Assembly: GCF_006345805.1 (NCBI RefSeq)
Contig: NC_043004.1
Coordinates: 11,160,001 to 11,224,000, forward strand
Direction: 5' to 3'
Source: Octopus sinensis
Taxonomy: Eukaryota
Length of the DNA: 64,000 nt
The notes below the pieces were generated by a model, which was given only the letters and a program-made list of their open reading frames with translations, ran no database searches and was not told the origin of the DNA. Of this stretch, positions 39,557-53,754 are shown piece by piece. The first letter of the stretch is position 1. Each line of letters begins with the position of its first letter. Position numbers and translations under genes: made by a program.

Positions 39557-40319
39557 AACATATTCACACATGATCTCCTATAAAGTTACACAAGTCTCCA
39601 TATACGTGCATATATAAAAGGACTTAAACACATTCTCATAGACACATACACACACATAAACCCCTACATACTTTGTCACAAATAAGCATGCATATATTAA
39701 CGTAAAGTAATACAGATGTCCGCTCACACAATTACAGTATACACATATGCATATACATATTCATAGACATAACTCAAGCATACATGCATACATACACACC
39801 GCATAATGGTATATGCGCACATACACACACACATCCGAACATCAGCTCACACATGCTTACAAAATACGATAAACATTCTGTCACTTACAGATATGCAAAC
39901 ACACACCTTCTTATACAAACTGGCGCTCACTTGCTTTCACGTGAAAAACTTTCCCAGGAAAAAATTTACATGGAATAAGAAAAAAGAAAATCTACTTGGG
40001 GATTTATAATTATCGGCAAAAATAATGGCAGCAGGGAAATACAAAAGAGTGAGAGGAAGGGGAGATTTTAATGGGAGAAAATGAATTATAGATTACTAGT
40101 ATATTGCAATTTAATGTCGATAATTTACGAAACATATTTTATAATAATAATGTTTAGGCTTAAGGCAGCAAGCTGGCAGTTTTATCACCAGTCCGAGCAA
40201 TAAAGCTTAGGTGCTTAGTGGCATTTCGTTCTGAGTTCAAATTCCGCCGAGGTTTTCACAATGCCATTTTGTGAAATCAGTCACTGATTCTAACGGTTAT
40301 TCTCCATAATATTGATAGA

Positions 40320-41230
40320 GTGAGTTAGCCTCTGCCAGTTGTGAGGGATTGAGCATTACTGATGAGTTTTAATTTCCTATACAAAATTAGCGTGCTTATC
40401 TAATGCACTTCGCTCACAATCGGGAAGAAACCATGTGCATTTGTGGCTAAGGAGTCTACGACTCCTGCTTCTAGCAATGCTTGTTCTCACTGCAGCCTTG
40501 TTACTTTTAGTGATGGTGAATTATTTTCTTGGGTGATGTGTAGTGTTGCCAAGGCCTTGCATAAAATCCAGGTCTATCTCGGGAGCCTTCTGCTAACCGT
40601 ATCGTCTACCGTCATGACGCTGACGGAGGCTAAATTCAAACATCTTCTGTACTGCAGTCCTCTGATAGACACGATACTAGCAAGCATCATGAAAAGGCTT
40701 AGGCTCCTCCTAGAAGACCTGGTATACCAGTTGGCCGTTGCCTTCTACCTAGAGTTTCGCCTCTTCTGGCTGGAGCAGTATAATAACAGCCAGGTTAGCA
40801 GTGTAACGAACGCCATGGAGACCGTCGTAGATACAACCCTAATGGAAATCAATGAAGAGGGCAGCAGCACTAATAGCAATGAAGATGAGGAAGATGATTT
40901 CTTCAGCAACATCACTCGGTTTCTGGAGAGTAGGATCCACAGGTCACTGAAACCCAAGGCACAGAACTTAGTGAAAACCTGGTTGGAGGCCGTCTTGAAG
41001 GAGGTCCCGATTGAAGTCGCCTTTTGGGGTGAGGAGGTCTTGATCGACATGTTCTTCAAGTATGACACCGCTATCCCGCCCAGAGCTATAGTTGAGCGCC
41101 CATTCTCTATGAGTAAAGATATTTTAAGGGCCAAGTGACTCACCCTGTCAGATGGTAACTTTGAGAGGCTGATGTTTATAAAGGTTAACCAGTATCACGT
41201 TGAGGTGATAAAGATGTCTCAGCCAGAGTG
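40320..41230 (+). pseudogene. hAT-superfamily transposase relic (C-terminal half)
   Basis: ORF 40443-41138 with VAKALHKIQ..YLGSLL, AFYLEFRLFWL and MFFKYDTAIPPRAIVERPFSMSKDILRAK*LTLSDGNFERLMFIKVN, a hAT C-terminal dimerisation domain with a premature stop. Confidence 0.8.
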
Positions 41231-41606
41231 ATACACCCTGATCCTCATTATGATCTTGGCATAATATCTATGATATACTATACCTTTGTGATTCGTTTAA
41301 TACTTTTTGTACAGTAAATAAAGTGTATGTTGACTGAAAAACTAATGTTTAATTTCATTTAGTTATTTGCTCACACCTTCATCATCATCTGATCTTGGCA
41401 TGCTATACCTTTGTGGTAGGCGCTGTGTCTAAGCTACAGCATGAAAATTACAGCTCCCTAGGTCTTTTTTTAGGGATTTTAGTATCAAAAGACCAACCAG
41501 ATACTAAATTCATATGATAAATGTTAGCGGTGGTGGCTTAGCGTTAGCTTCCGCTAATAGCGGTTGAGAGTTTGCGAAGCTAAATCTGTCGTTTAGCGTA
41601 TTAGCT

Positions 41607-41669
<63 letters not shown>

Positions 41670-41960
41670 TGTGTGTGTGTGTGTGTACATATTTATATAT
41701 AGATAGAGACATACATATATAGAACAATGCATCTTATAATACATGTACGGCTCTCTGTGTGTGAATGCGCAGAAAGACGGAAGTTTATATATCAAAATAA
41801 GTTCATGAATGTACATATTCATAATCTGCACTTATGAGCACAACAACTAAAATCGGTTTCTTGGAATTTCTGAAAAGATAATAAAGGATATAAAAAATAT
41901 TACATATAGAAGGCCCTTAAGGTTTTCTAGAACGCATGTTCATTGCAATTAATATTATAT

Positions 41961-42028
<68 letters not shown>

Positions 42029-42576
42029 AGAACGTGTTTTCCTGAAATCCATTTTCTGCTTTTATCAGAAGAAAGACAGAATTAAGTACACTATATGCTG
42101 CTCTAATTAGATTTTCTTGTCGTCTGGTCGGATGTTGCCTTTTTATTATTTTATTCTAATTAGAGTGCTTTTAGTAAGAAATTTATAACTATAAGTGGAA
42201 ACTTGCATATGTTTCTACGTGAATATATATATAATATATATATATATACAGACACACATACAAATATTTACGTTTACACACCACATATATATGTATATAT
42301 GTATGCATATGAATATATATGTACATATACATGTGAGTGTATGCATACATATATATATGAGGCTTTTACATGCCGAAGACTACTTGGTGTAATTGATAAT
42401 TATTCCAAATTAATTAATTTCACCCTTCATTATATATATATATATGTATATTTATATATACACATACGTATATATATTGTATTTATAAATAAATACATAT
42501 TAATATATATTGATATATATATGAATATATATATTAATATATAGATGATAAAATATTATATATATAATTTTGTGAT

Positions 42577-42608
<32 letters not shown>

Positions 42609-43508
42609 ATTATAAAATGTACTTGCTAGCAGACACGCGTTTGCGCATCATTCTCACATACAAACAAACGTATAGACGTAGATAAAATATTCATCAGACA
42701 TACTTAATGTAAATACACATTCATAAACAAAATTGTCTTATGAATGCCCAAAGCAAATAGACATTGAAAAGTATATAAACAATAATTGTTCACACATTTG
42801 GAATCAACTTATTACACAGAATCCGCTTTACATTTGTATTTAGTCAGTCAGACGTACGAAGACTGTTTACATATTCATTCAGAAACATGTATATTTCGGC
42901 AACACTAATGCGTTTATTGTTGTACATGCAGTCATAACAACTTCATAAATAATCATTAATAAATACTAAATCCAATTATATTTCGATTTTTCTATTCCTC
43001 CCATAAGCACGCATATAGTCACTGGAATATAATGAGAGCAGTACTATATATGTGCTTAAATAATAAAACATGCTTTTATGCATATGCATACGGTCGCACA
43101 CAGACAGTCACAAACGTGTATATGTATGTGAGTGTAGGTATATATAGATGCATATATGCAATCGTGAACATATGCATATATCATTTAATACATACAGGAT
43201 ATATATGTTAGCTTCTGTAAATTTCATCCTCTGTACAGTAATCAGCCGATCCTGTTTAGCATGCTGTGTACAATCCAGCAATCGATATGGCATTCCAACG
43301 ACTTTTAAGCCTGGGCAATTTCAGAATACAAGACGATACACTACATGAGCACGTCCGATTCCTGTACTATCAGAGCATATAGTTGATGGTAGTTCACATA
43401 CGAACCATATGGTTATCAAATCTTCTCATTTCTTCCTGGATGGATTACATTTGTGTTCATCCTACAAAAACGAAACAGCGCGCGCACACACACACACCGA
43501 GTGTTGCC

Positions 43509-43770
43509 ACCGAGCTGGCAGAAACGTTAGCACCGAGTGCCACCGAGCTGGCAGAAACGTTAGCACGCCGGGCGAAATGCGTAGCCGTATTTCGTCTGGC
43601 GTTACGTTCTGAGTTCAATTTCTGCCGAGGTTGACCTTGCCTTTCATCCTTTCGGAGTCGACAAGTTAAGTACCAGTTATGCACTGGGTTCGATGTAATC
43701 GACATAGTCCCTTTGTCTGTCCTTGTTTGTCCCCTCTGTGTTTAGCCCCTTCTGGGTAGTAAAGAAATAA
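43509..43770 (+). mobile_element. SINE family C with a 33-bp 5' duplication
   Basis: ccaccgagctggcagaaacgttagc occurs twice at the head; standard body and gtaaagaaata end. Confidence 0.85.
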
Positions 43771-43851
43771 GAATGTAACTCACGCCGTCAGCCTTTTAGA
43801 TAAAACCATAGGAAATAATGAATGATTTCGAAGGTGGTGAAGTGAAAATTA

Positions 43852-45104
43852 TCAGGCTACCCATACGTTCTGTCCGATTTTACCTTTTGAAAAATTGAAT
43901 GAAATTTGATAATATTTTAGAATGTCTAATGGAATTAAAAATTATTTTTATACATTCGTGTACTTTTAAACGAATTAAATATTATTTTACAGAATAATAG
44001 AATTAAAATTGCTTTGATTAAAACCCTTTCTAACATGGAAGTATCCAAACAGCATTTGAGGCACATAATGCTTTATGAGTACAAAAAGGGAACTCTGTAG
44101 CCGAAGCGACTCGAAACATATACTCAGTTTATGGGAAAGAATGCTTCAATGAAAGAATTTGCAGAAGACAGTTTGCAAAATTCAGAAGTGGAGATTTTCA
44201 ACCTTGAATATGAAGATCGAACAGGATGTCCAATTGAGTTTGATGATAAGCTCCTTGAAGAAAATCCTGAATTATCATTTGAAGAATTGGCAATAAAGAT
44301 TAGTTCAAACCACATAACTGTTCATCGTCATCTTCAACAACTTGGAAAGGTTCCAAAACTTGGAAAATGGGCGCCTCATGAATTGTCTGAAAGCAACCGC
44401 AAATCCCGAGTTGACATCTGCTCTTATCTCCATTTTTGCGAACACATTTCACCCTTTTTGGATAGACTTGTGACTGGTGACGAAAAATGGATCTTCTATC
44501 GAAATGTTAAACGTAGTAAACAGTGGCTTGATAAAAGGGAAAAAGCTCAACCACAACCGAGTAGGGAACTTCATAGAAAAAAAGGTTCTTCTCTATATCT
44601 GGTGAGATTGCAAAGGAATAATTCACTTTGAATTATTACCAACTAATACAACAATCATTGCTCAAGTCTACTGTCAGCAATTAGAGCGTTTGAACCAAGC
44701 TTTAGAGAAAAAAATACCCGCTTTAGTGAATCGAAAAGGAGTGATGTTTCATCAGGACAATTCGCGACCCCACACTACAAAGATCACATCGCAGATGATC
44801 GAAGAGTTTGGTTGGGAAAAAAATCCTCATTCACCTTTTTCTCCCGACGTTGCTCCTTCAGACTACCGTTTGTTCCGTAATTTACAGAATTATAACTTTC
44901 ACAGGCCAGGAGGAGGTAGAAACTGACATTTCAGTGAAACCAAAAGAGTTTTACATTGATGGGATTAAAAAGCTTGTGAATAGATGGAAGGAAGTCATAG
45001 ATAATCAAGTAAAGTACATTGATGATTAAATGTCAATTAAATATAACATATGATCAATTGTTTTCTTTATTCAAAATTCGGACAGAACTTATGGGATGAC
45101 CTGA
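43852..45104 (+). mobile_element. Full-length mariner (DD34D) transposon
   Basis: TIRs TCAGGCTACCCATACGTTCTGTCCGATTTT and reverse complement TCAGGTCATCCCATAAGTTCTGTCCGAATTTT; TA at 43850-43851 and 45105-45106. Confidence 0.92.
44035..45029 (+). pseudogene. mariner transposase pseudogene (frameshifts)
   Basis: MEVSKQHLRHIMLYEYKKG, WAPHEL, VTGDEKW, HQDNSRPH, SPDVAPSDYRLF and GIKKLVNRWKEVIDNQVKYIDD, spread across several frames. Confidence 0.92.
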
Positions 45105-45224
45105 TAAAAATTATGAAGGTGGCTTTTCGCAATTAACAACCGAAAGGCAACAAGTACAGTCGTCGCTAAAGTGACGGAGGATGCTACTGAGCACCAGCGT
45201 TGCTAGAAATAAGAGTCAAAACAA

Positions 45225-45420
45225 CTCTTAATCACGTAAAAGCACTTTTCTAACTACTGACAAGGGAGACAAACTCCTTCTCTCCGGTGACAGAATGATG
45301 GGTCACTGATGAAGGCTAATCCCTGAATTTAGCGCTGATATGACTCACTGTCGCTTACCCGAGGGCGGGAGATTGCCTCCTTTGTCAGTCGTTAGAAAAG
45401 TGCTCTCACGTGGCCAAGAG
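45225..45420. repeat. Imperfect ~195-bp hairpin (MITE-like)
   Basis: ctctta atcacgtaaaagcacttttctaactactgacaagggagacaaactcc pairs with ggagattgcctcctttgtcagtcgttagaaaagtgctctcacgtggccaagag. Confidence 0.7.
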
Positions 45421-47544
45421 ATGTCGATTTATTCAGCAACAAGAATGAATAAATCAATCAATAAATAACTTACAACGTGATCAGTAGAAGTTATAATTTT
45501 TCACAACGTCATTAACTCTCAATGTAAGTGAACGTAATGCTATGAAAATATTCCATTTGCCAACAAAAGATTTTGTGAAGAACAATATGTATTACAACTT
45601 TTTAAATGGAAATAATGTTAAATATAGCTGCTGCAGTACGCGTAAAATTTCAGCTAAAATAACAACATTCACCATAGAAAAAGATTACATAATATTCTAT
45701 ATCTAATGCTCGAGTTCATGAAAGAGATTTAATCCCTTATATATTCCATAAATAAATTTGTTGTGTGAAAATGATAATGTACATAGGAAAAGGATTTTCA
45801 TGAAATAATTCTCCATGGAATAATTTGTCGTATGAAATCGATACTATACATATCAAAAGGATTTTCAACTGAAAATTCAATATCCGAAGATTATATTGGG
45901 TTCACAGTAAATAAATTCGGAGCATGATTTAATCTGCATTTACAAAATTTATTGCCCGGAAAGTTATTTGTATAGGAGCTTGACAAAATTCATAAGGTTT
46001 TTTAAAAAATAACTCGGCGAGGAATATAACGTTGGTTTGTATGTATTGCGACATATCAAAACTCATTTAAATATCGAGTAATGATGGCTGTGACTAACAC
46101 CTCAGAAAAATTTACACAGGATTTTATCAGATTTGTGCAAACGTTCGGAATTGATTTCTGTTTGTAGATTAAGTAGGATAACTTCATTGCTCACAGTTGA
46201 GTATGTATCGCATTGGAATACGCAGGTCTTGATAAGGCATTTTGTGGAAAACTGAATTTATGTATGCTTAGAAAATCTCCTCTTTACGCCAACGATTTCT
46301 CCAACGGAAACCTCATCACTTTAATATAGATCTAAAGTGTCACAGTTGCTGCCCAATACTTTGTGGCCAATGTGCAACAGACAGGAGCAAATGCGACGCA
46401 ACGATTTATTTAACACTCTAACGATCTGTTTGGTACATGTTACCTGATTCGAAAAGTATCAAAGGTAAAGCTGAAAAGAGCAGGATTTGAACTCAAAGCG
46501 AAAAACACATCGGAAGGTTTATTATGTAACGCTCACACACCTCTACCAAATCGTCATCTTGTTGGAGTTCTGAAAAAATATTTCTTTGGCTAACCTCAAT
46601 TAAAAATTAATTTCCCCCATATCAAAAAGGCAACAAATGACGCAACAAAACAACTTTAATTTTTATCGATATGCTTATTTAAGTCTTTTTGTTGTTCTTC
46701 ATTTCCTGCATTGCATGTTAATCAGTAAAACTGCAACTAAAATAATTTATAACGTTCTGTATTATTACAATCAATGTTTTACCCACCCCTTATTTGTCTT
46801 TACGCCTCTGGTTATTGGTGCAAAGGATTTTGTTCCTTCGCCGATACATGTCTAAATATCTCATCTGTCACAATCAATGTATGCTTATAAATATATATAA
46901 TGCAAAATGGGACAAGAACGCAAGACATCCGGACAGCTAGGTGGTACAAAAATGAGACATCCAGATAGACGATACAAAGTTACCATTTGAAGTTTTCTTT
47001 CCTCAGTCGAGTACCAAATTATCATCGCAATTTCGGCTGATTATACTCGAGATTGCGCCAATCTGGCCAGCCTCAAGGAAAAACTAAGCTAAGAGCATTA
47101 TGTGTAGCACCCGCACAGGTATTTCATATGTAGAACCAGCGCATGTGCCCTTCCATGTGGCACCATCACGTTAAATTTCTTGAAAGAAAACAGTGAAAGT
47201 ATACAAAAACAAGGACAGCAAAATACGGACAATGTTACACAAAAACAATAAAAATAACAATAGGACATAACAACAGGTGTCTTTCGAGTATTAAATTAAG
47301 CTGGTGTGGTAATAAAGACTTACGGTAGGGTTACAAGATTGCACAAGGAGGAATATCGAAGTTGCACGGACAACGACCAGACCAAAAAAGAAAGATCAGG
47401 CTTGGCCGTCGGTTCAGTTATGATCTAAACGAATAGGTACGTTAGTTAAGTGCTACAGTTGGTCAACCGTTAGGTTCCAACATCACAGTTAAAAATGGAA
47501 CTAGGGATACGTGTTAGGGTCACCTTATTTTAGGCATATATCAG

Positions 47545-47582
<38 letters not shown>

Positions 47583-47778
47583 TATGCACACACGCGCGCA
47601 CACACACACACGCACACACACACAACACGCATATGCATATGTATATAGTACGCAGATGAGATTCAGAGATTCTTCGTTTTGCATGTACCCAAACTAGTAT
47701 AACTAATATATTTAATGTGGTTAATTTGTTTATTCGCATAATTGCCTCTACACCAGCTCAGCTTGATCCCTCTTATTC

Positions 47779-47827
<49 letters not shown>

Positions 47828-48446
47828 ATATATATATATTTACACATACAAACACGTATACACACACGCACATACATACAAACACACACACATACATTTC
47901 AATAATACGAGTAGTTTCTTGCTATCATTTGCCCCTCTGTGAAAGAGTAAAGAAATATCTGGCGACCAATTCCAAATGAGACGGAGATATAATTTCAAGG
48001 ATTAAAAATCCTCCAGAATTCATGTACCATCACGGAAAAAACGGCTTCGGACCATGTTTCTGGTGCAGCAGGAGTCATTAGCACAGCTGTTCTCATACGT
48101 TGATTGCGGCAGGTGAGATATTTAGACGTATGCCGAAGATTGTTATGGCTTTACCCTGCATTTTAGGTCTCGTACCACTGAATTCCGACTTGCAACATTA
48201 ATTTTAATTACACTTGGATATACATTACAAATCAAATCGAAGATATTTGCGACCTTCATAATTCGTATGTTTCCGTACGGCATTGGCTTATACACCAATG
48301 TGTGCACTTCACTCGAAAAATATCCATGAGAAGTTTACACTTGTACGACTGAGGAGTCATACCTTATTCATATATTTTATGAATGTATGAATGCTAGAAG
48401 CTTGAATGTCACCCAGGAAATATATTCTATGTTGTATATTTTCTTC

Positions 48447-48726
48447 GGATGCGCAATGGCCCAGTGGTTAGGGCAGCGGACTCGCGGTCAGAAGTTCCCG
48501 GTTTCGATTCCCATACCTAAAAGCTCCACGAGGCTCCGGCAGGGTGGGGTGGCGACCCCTGTTGTACTGTTTCACCACAACTTTCTCTCACTCTCTCTTG
48601 CTGTTTCTTGAGTAACGCTGCGATGGACTGGCGTCCCGTCCAGCTGAGGGGAGCACATACGTCATAGAAACCGGTAAACCGGGCCCATGAGCCTGGATAG
48701 GCTTGAAAAGGGATACATTTTTTCAT
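48447..48726 (+). mobile_element. tRNA-derived SINE family B with 12-bp TSD
   Basis: TATATTTTCTTC at 48435-48446 and 48727-48738; A- and B-box-like head. Confidence 0.88.
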
Positions 48727-48763
48727 TATATTTTCTTCAATACGTAGGATGTGGAAAATAGCG

Positions 48764-48960
48764 ATCTGGCAGAAACGTTAGCACGACGGGCAATATATAT
48801 ATAACACTATATCCTCTGTCTTTACACCTTGAGTTCAAATTCCACCAGAGTTGACCTTGCCTTTCATCATTTCTGGGTCGATAAAATAAGAACCAATTGA
48901 GGACTGGGATTGATATAATTGATCTACCCTCAACCCGAGATTCTGGCCTTGTGCCAAAAG
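48764..48960 (+). mobile_element. SINE family C, diverged
   Basis: gatctggcagaaacgttagcac..gagttcaaattcc..gttgaccttgcctttcatc. Confidence 0.75.
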
Positions 48961-50033
48961 TTCAAAGCAATACGTACCTTGTGTTTTTAGTTTTAAGTAC
49001 TTCGGTTTGACTACAATTATATATCTTTATGTTATTGATGTAAAACGTGCTTTTCAGTTTTGTTGCATTGTTGCTTTTGTGTAAACGCAATACACAAAAG
49101 AAAAATTGTGGTTCTAATTAGGAGGTGTTGATAATTAAAATTCTTTAAGTTTCTTTATATATATACCCACACGTATGAATACGTATAATGTATGTATACG
49201 CGCATGTCTAAGTGTGTGTTTGTGTGTGTTTATACGGAGCTCCAATACAGAGTTCCGATACTTACGCAAACAAGTCTGCCTTATATATATATATACATAT
49301 ATATATACAAGGAACGAATTTTCTCTACGGCACACACTGCAAAAAAGAGCACAAATTTGATTTTCATTAGCATCACGTCATTTTTACCTTTTATTTATGT
49401 TTCGTTCTGATGCTAAACTTCTCAATGTTAGAAAAAATTCTACAGCCTTTAGTGATTGCTGTGATATGAGAAAAGTAAATAATATTTTCTATTTGATTCA
49501 ATTAAATTCTTTCCGTTAACGAAGCAAGAGATCCTCTTGTAAGACATAGGATGTACAACTGAATTAACAAAATAAATTTTATTATTTGCCGATACACTTA
49601 CAAGACAGGAAACATGTTACGACTGTGTCATATAAATGATATCTCTTTTTTAGTTGTTTTGAAGTTTGTGTGGAAGAAACAAAATTTTAAATCGATTTTT
49701 AGAATTTTATTCTAGAACTTCAATCAGGAATTTTTTCTGGCTTTTTGCTTTCTGGGTTCTAATCTCGCCGACGTCGTTTACTTCGTCTCTGGATCGATAG
49801 AACAACGCACCCGTTAAGTAGTGGGATTATTACAATCAAGTAATCCCTCCAACCGTATATCAGACCTTGTACCAGCGTTTGAAACAATTTAAATTAAAAT
49901 ATACATAAATATATACATACATACAAACATGCAGAAATACATACAAACATCCATACATGCATACATACATACATACATACATGCATACATACATACATAG
50001 ATACATACATACATACATACATACACACACACA

Positions 50034-50130
<97 letters not shown>

Positions 50131-50382
50131 CGTACATAGTACTATGAGCATGTCTAGATATGAAACAATATGCTTGAAAATACATACATAAAACAAAACA
50201 TAAAAATTTGTATACATAAGGATATCCTGTTGATATTGAAATTCCAATGAAGGCGCCTTGGATCTAGGTTAGAAACCAGTTCATTTTATTTTGGCTAGAA
50301 ATCTTAAAATAAACACACACTCATAATATATGCGTTACTTTAAATAGATACGTAGTATATATGTATGTGTGTGTATATGTAT

Positions 50383-50422
<40 letters not shown>

Positions 50423-50462
50423 ATATATATATATATATATACATACATACACACACACATTA

Positions 50463-51311
50463 TAAAACTAAATGCAATACCCAATGAATACACTGGACCC
50501 GGAGGAATAGCAATCCCAGAGGCACAATCAGTGCGTGACCTAGGTATTTACATGAGTGATGACGCGACCTTTCGTGTACATGTTGCTAAATTGGCAATGA
50601 AATGTAGACGACTGGCCGGATGGATCCTCAGAACCTTTAGAACAAGAGAACAAGAAACCATGATGGTCCTCTGGAGGACACTTGTCCTAAGCCACTTTGA
50701 CTACTGCTCTCAGTTATGGTCACCATCCAGTGTCAAGTTGATCACAGAGCTCGAGGCGATCCAACGTAGCTACACGAAGAAGATAGCCTCTATGCAGAAT
50801 GTAAGCTACTGGGAAGACTCAAGAGATTAAAACTATATTCCCTGGAGCGTAGGCGGGAAAGATATGCCATAATATACATCTGGAAGATCCTGGAGGGAAG
50901 TGTCCTGAACTTTGGCATCGAGAGTTACGCAAATGCCAGAACTGGGCGCCACTGCATGGTGCCTAGGACTCCAAACTTGCCATCAAGATGTAGGACAAGA
51001 TTCTGTGATAGCCTGGGCTTCCGAGGCCCACAGCTCTTCAATATCCTCCTGAAGAACCTGAGAGACCTGCATGGGGTGGATGCAGATGTCTTTAAAATGA
51101 AGCTGGATCTCTTCCTGTCAGGTGTCCCAGATGAACCAACTTCACGGCAGGAGGGGCAGATGAGGGCAGCTGCATCGAACTCTCTCATGCACCAAATGGC
51201 AGTTGCTAGAAAGCTTTCGTGAAGTGAAACCAAGTAGCAACACCAAATGGCGGTGCCCCAGCATGGCCACAGCTCATAAGCTGAAACTAGAATCAATCAA
51301 TCAATCAATCA
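50463..51311 (+). mobile_element. 5'-truncated CR1-clade LINE 3' end
   Basis: VRDLGIYMSDD..WILRTF..HFDYCSQLWSP..LEAIQR..LKLYSLERRRERY..KMKLDLFLSGVPDEP; one frameshift near 50815; (AATC)n tail at 51291-51311. Confidence 0.92.
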
Positions 51312-51438
51312 ATATATATTTCCTTCCCTGAGCGTTTCCTAATACTTTGCATGCACCACGTCCTCGCGTTTGTTTTCTCTTCTTGTGTTTGTCCTTCCAT
51401 TTCTGGGGCATTTCTATATATGTATATTATATTATAAC

Positions 51439-51480
<42 letters not shown>

Positions 51481-51605
51481 GTGACAATTATTCGGTATAA
51501 AACGTTTATACCGAAAATTGTAACATATTACATTTACAGATAAATTCCTCTATTTATATAATATCGCGGTCTCTTTCCTTCTTTTGTTGTCTTACCATTT
51601 TTATC
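51481..51605 (+). mobile_element. Truncated copy of the 57794 hammerhead-associated repeat with a 22-bp fold-back at its 5' end
   Basis: acatattacatttacagataaattcctctatttatataatatcg shared with 57880-57963; hairpin gtgacaattattcggtataaa/tttataccgaaaattgtaac. Confidence 0.75.
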
Positions 51606-52002
51606 AATATATATATATATACATACATACATACATACATACATACATACATACATACATACATACATACATACTTACATACAGTCATACAATCATACTT
51701 GCCTACAGGAGGAATAGTGTGATTTCTTCAGATACACTATTGATTGAGATGAAGGCGCCAATGTTTTGTAAATATTCGACATTATCATAATAAAATTCGT
51801 ATTGTAAACAAGCTTACTTATACGCACACGAGCACAAGCCCCATACACCGATATGTGTATGTATATGCTTGTTTTTATGTATATACGTGAACATATCGGG
51901 CACAAATGTACTCAAGAGCCCGAATTTGGCCAAAGGAAACTAAAAATTTACATTTGTGTACGATGTACCAAAGGTTTCAAGCATCAGGAATATACTGATT
52001 TC

Positions 52003-52730
52003 AAATTTGGCACAAGTCTTGCAATTTTCAGGAGCGTGGGTAAGAGGATTGACTCCAGCGTTCAATTGGTATTTATTTTATCGACTTCGAAAGGAAGAAA
52101 GGTAAGGTGGGCCTCGGCAGAATTTGATCTCTGAACGTGAGAACGGAGGTAATGCCGCTAAGCATCTCGCCCGGCGTGCTAACGATTCTGCCAGCTTGCT
52201 GCCTTAATATCACATATATACTGCATTTCGATTCACTATACCTTGCACACGAACCCAGAGAAATAAACACGATAGAATACAATACAAATATTACATTATT
52301 TACATTATTTACATTCGACGTATATTTGCCTTCATCAACAAACAAAATGAGGACAAATATCGGTCGAATGTAAAATAATGAAAATAATGTAAATAATGTA
52401 CATAATTCCTCATCTCTTAAATATAGAACTGAATAAAAATATTAATCTTAAATTTTGTCACAAAGCTAGAAATTTCTTTGGAGGGAGTAATGTCGATTAC
52501 ATCAACCCCAATGCTCAACTGGTACTTTCTTTATCGACCAGGAAATGATGAAGTGCAAAGTGGACCTTGACAGAATTTCATCTCTGAAAGTGAAGATAAA
52601 CGAAATGCCGCTAAGCATTTCGCCCTGCGTGCTAACGATTCTGCCACATCGCCGCCTTAACATTAGAAATATATTACACTTCGCATCACTTTCGCTTGCA
52701 TACCAAAGCGAAGTCAGAGACGGAAAAACA
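52003..52730 (-). repeat. Two minus-strand family C SINEs within a diverged ~450-bp direct duplication
   Basis: aatgccgctaagcat..gtgctaacgattctgcca..gccttaa plus similar flank at both 52150-52260 and 52600-52720. Confidence 0.7.
52292..52400. repeat. Fold-back with (tacattatt)-type arms
   Basis: tacattatttacattcgacgtatatttgccttcat versus atgaggacaaatatcggtcgaatgtaaaataatg. Confidence 0.75.
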
Positions 52731-53309
52731 ATAAGATAAAATAAAGATATTAAGAACTAAGAATTATCAAGAAGAATGTGGCACATATTTTACTACCGCA
52801 GCAACTCTAACGCCATCTGAGGCAATATCTGGAATCATTGGGAGACGAACAGACAAGTCTGCAACATTTTAAAACAGTTTCTAAATCACATTTCGATTAG
52901 CAGCAGCACGTCTACAGGAGATGCGGGTTGGAGCATCACGGCCAGCTTATGTGTTTTGCTGTTCAATATAATACTCATATTATCTTACTCATAACTCTAT
53001 ATGTCTCTTCAGAACTAATTCCACAAAAGGAATTATTCCACATTCTCTCCAAAGATTATACATTCTTATGACGTCAAGGGCACACACTTCACGCTGGGAC
53101 AATGTAAGAACGCATTTCATATCTGCAGGAGATTGTGGGTTCGTGCCCTACGGGCAGCCTTTGTTTTCTTATATCCAAAGGGGGTTTTCAACCCAATATC
53201 TACATGCTCTTATTTATATAGCTTTATATGTGCTTCGTTAACCAAATTAAAAAATGAATTATGGTACCAAAATTATTTCTGGTGATGATACACACACACA
53301 CACACACAC

Positions 53310-53379
<70 letters not shown>

Positions 53380-53707
53380 ATATTCACAGAAATATGTGTG
53401 CTTGTAGGTAAATGCAATAATTTTGAGAGGAATTACAACTGACATATATGTTTCAAAAAACAAATTCGCGAAAAAAATGACATTCATATTTATCATTGTA
53501 ATGCACCGACATATATAAATGTATATATATGCAGACTTATAAATACATATATACATACGCCCACAGGCCCACACATATAACCCTTTTCTCTATCTGACAT
53601 ACACACCTTTTACATCGTGCGACTCCTATTTCTTGTACGTTTATTTTGTGTTTCCCTGTTCATGTCTTCTAAATATATATATTGTTACAAATCTAAATAC
53701 ATACATA

Positions 53708-53754
<47 letters not shown>

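Noticed and set aside
46980-47015. Minus-strand CTGAGGA-AAG..CTT-CAAA
   Set aside because: CAAA replaces GAAA and there are no stems I or III.
48018-48113. Homeodomain-like RKKRLRTMF..LF before a CAG|gtgaga donor
   Set aside because: Spacing is off by one from the homeodomain pattern, the acceptor is poor and no helix 3 exon was found.
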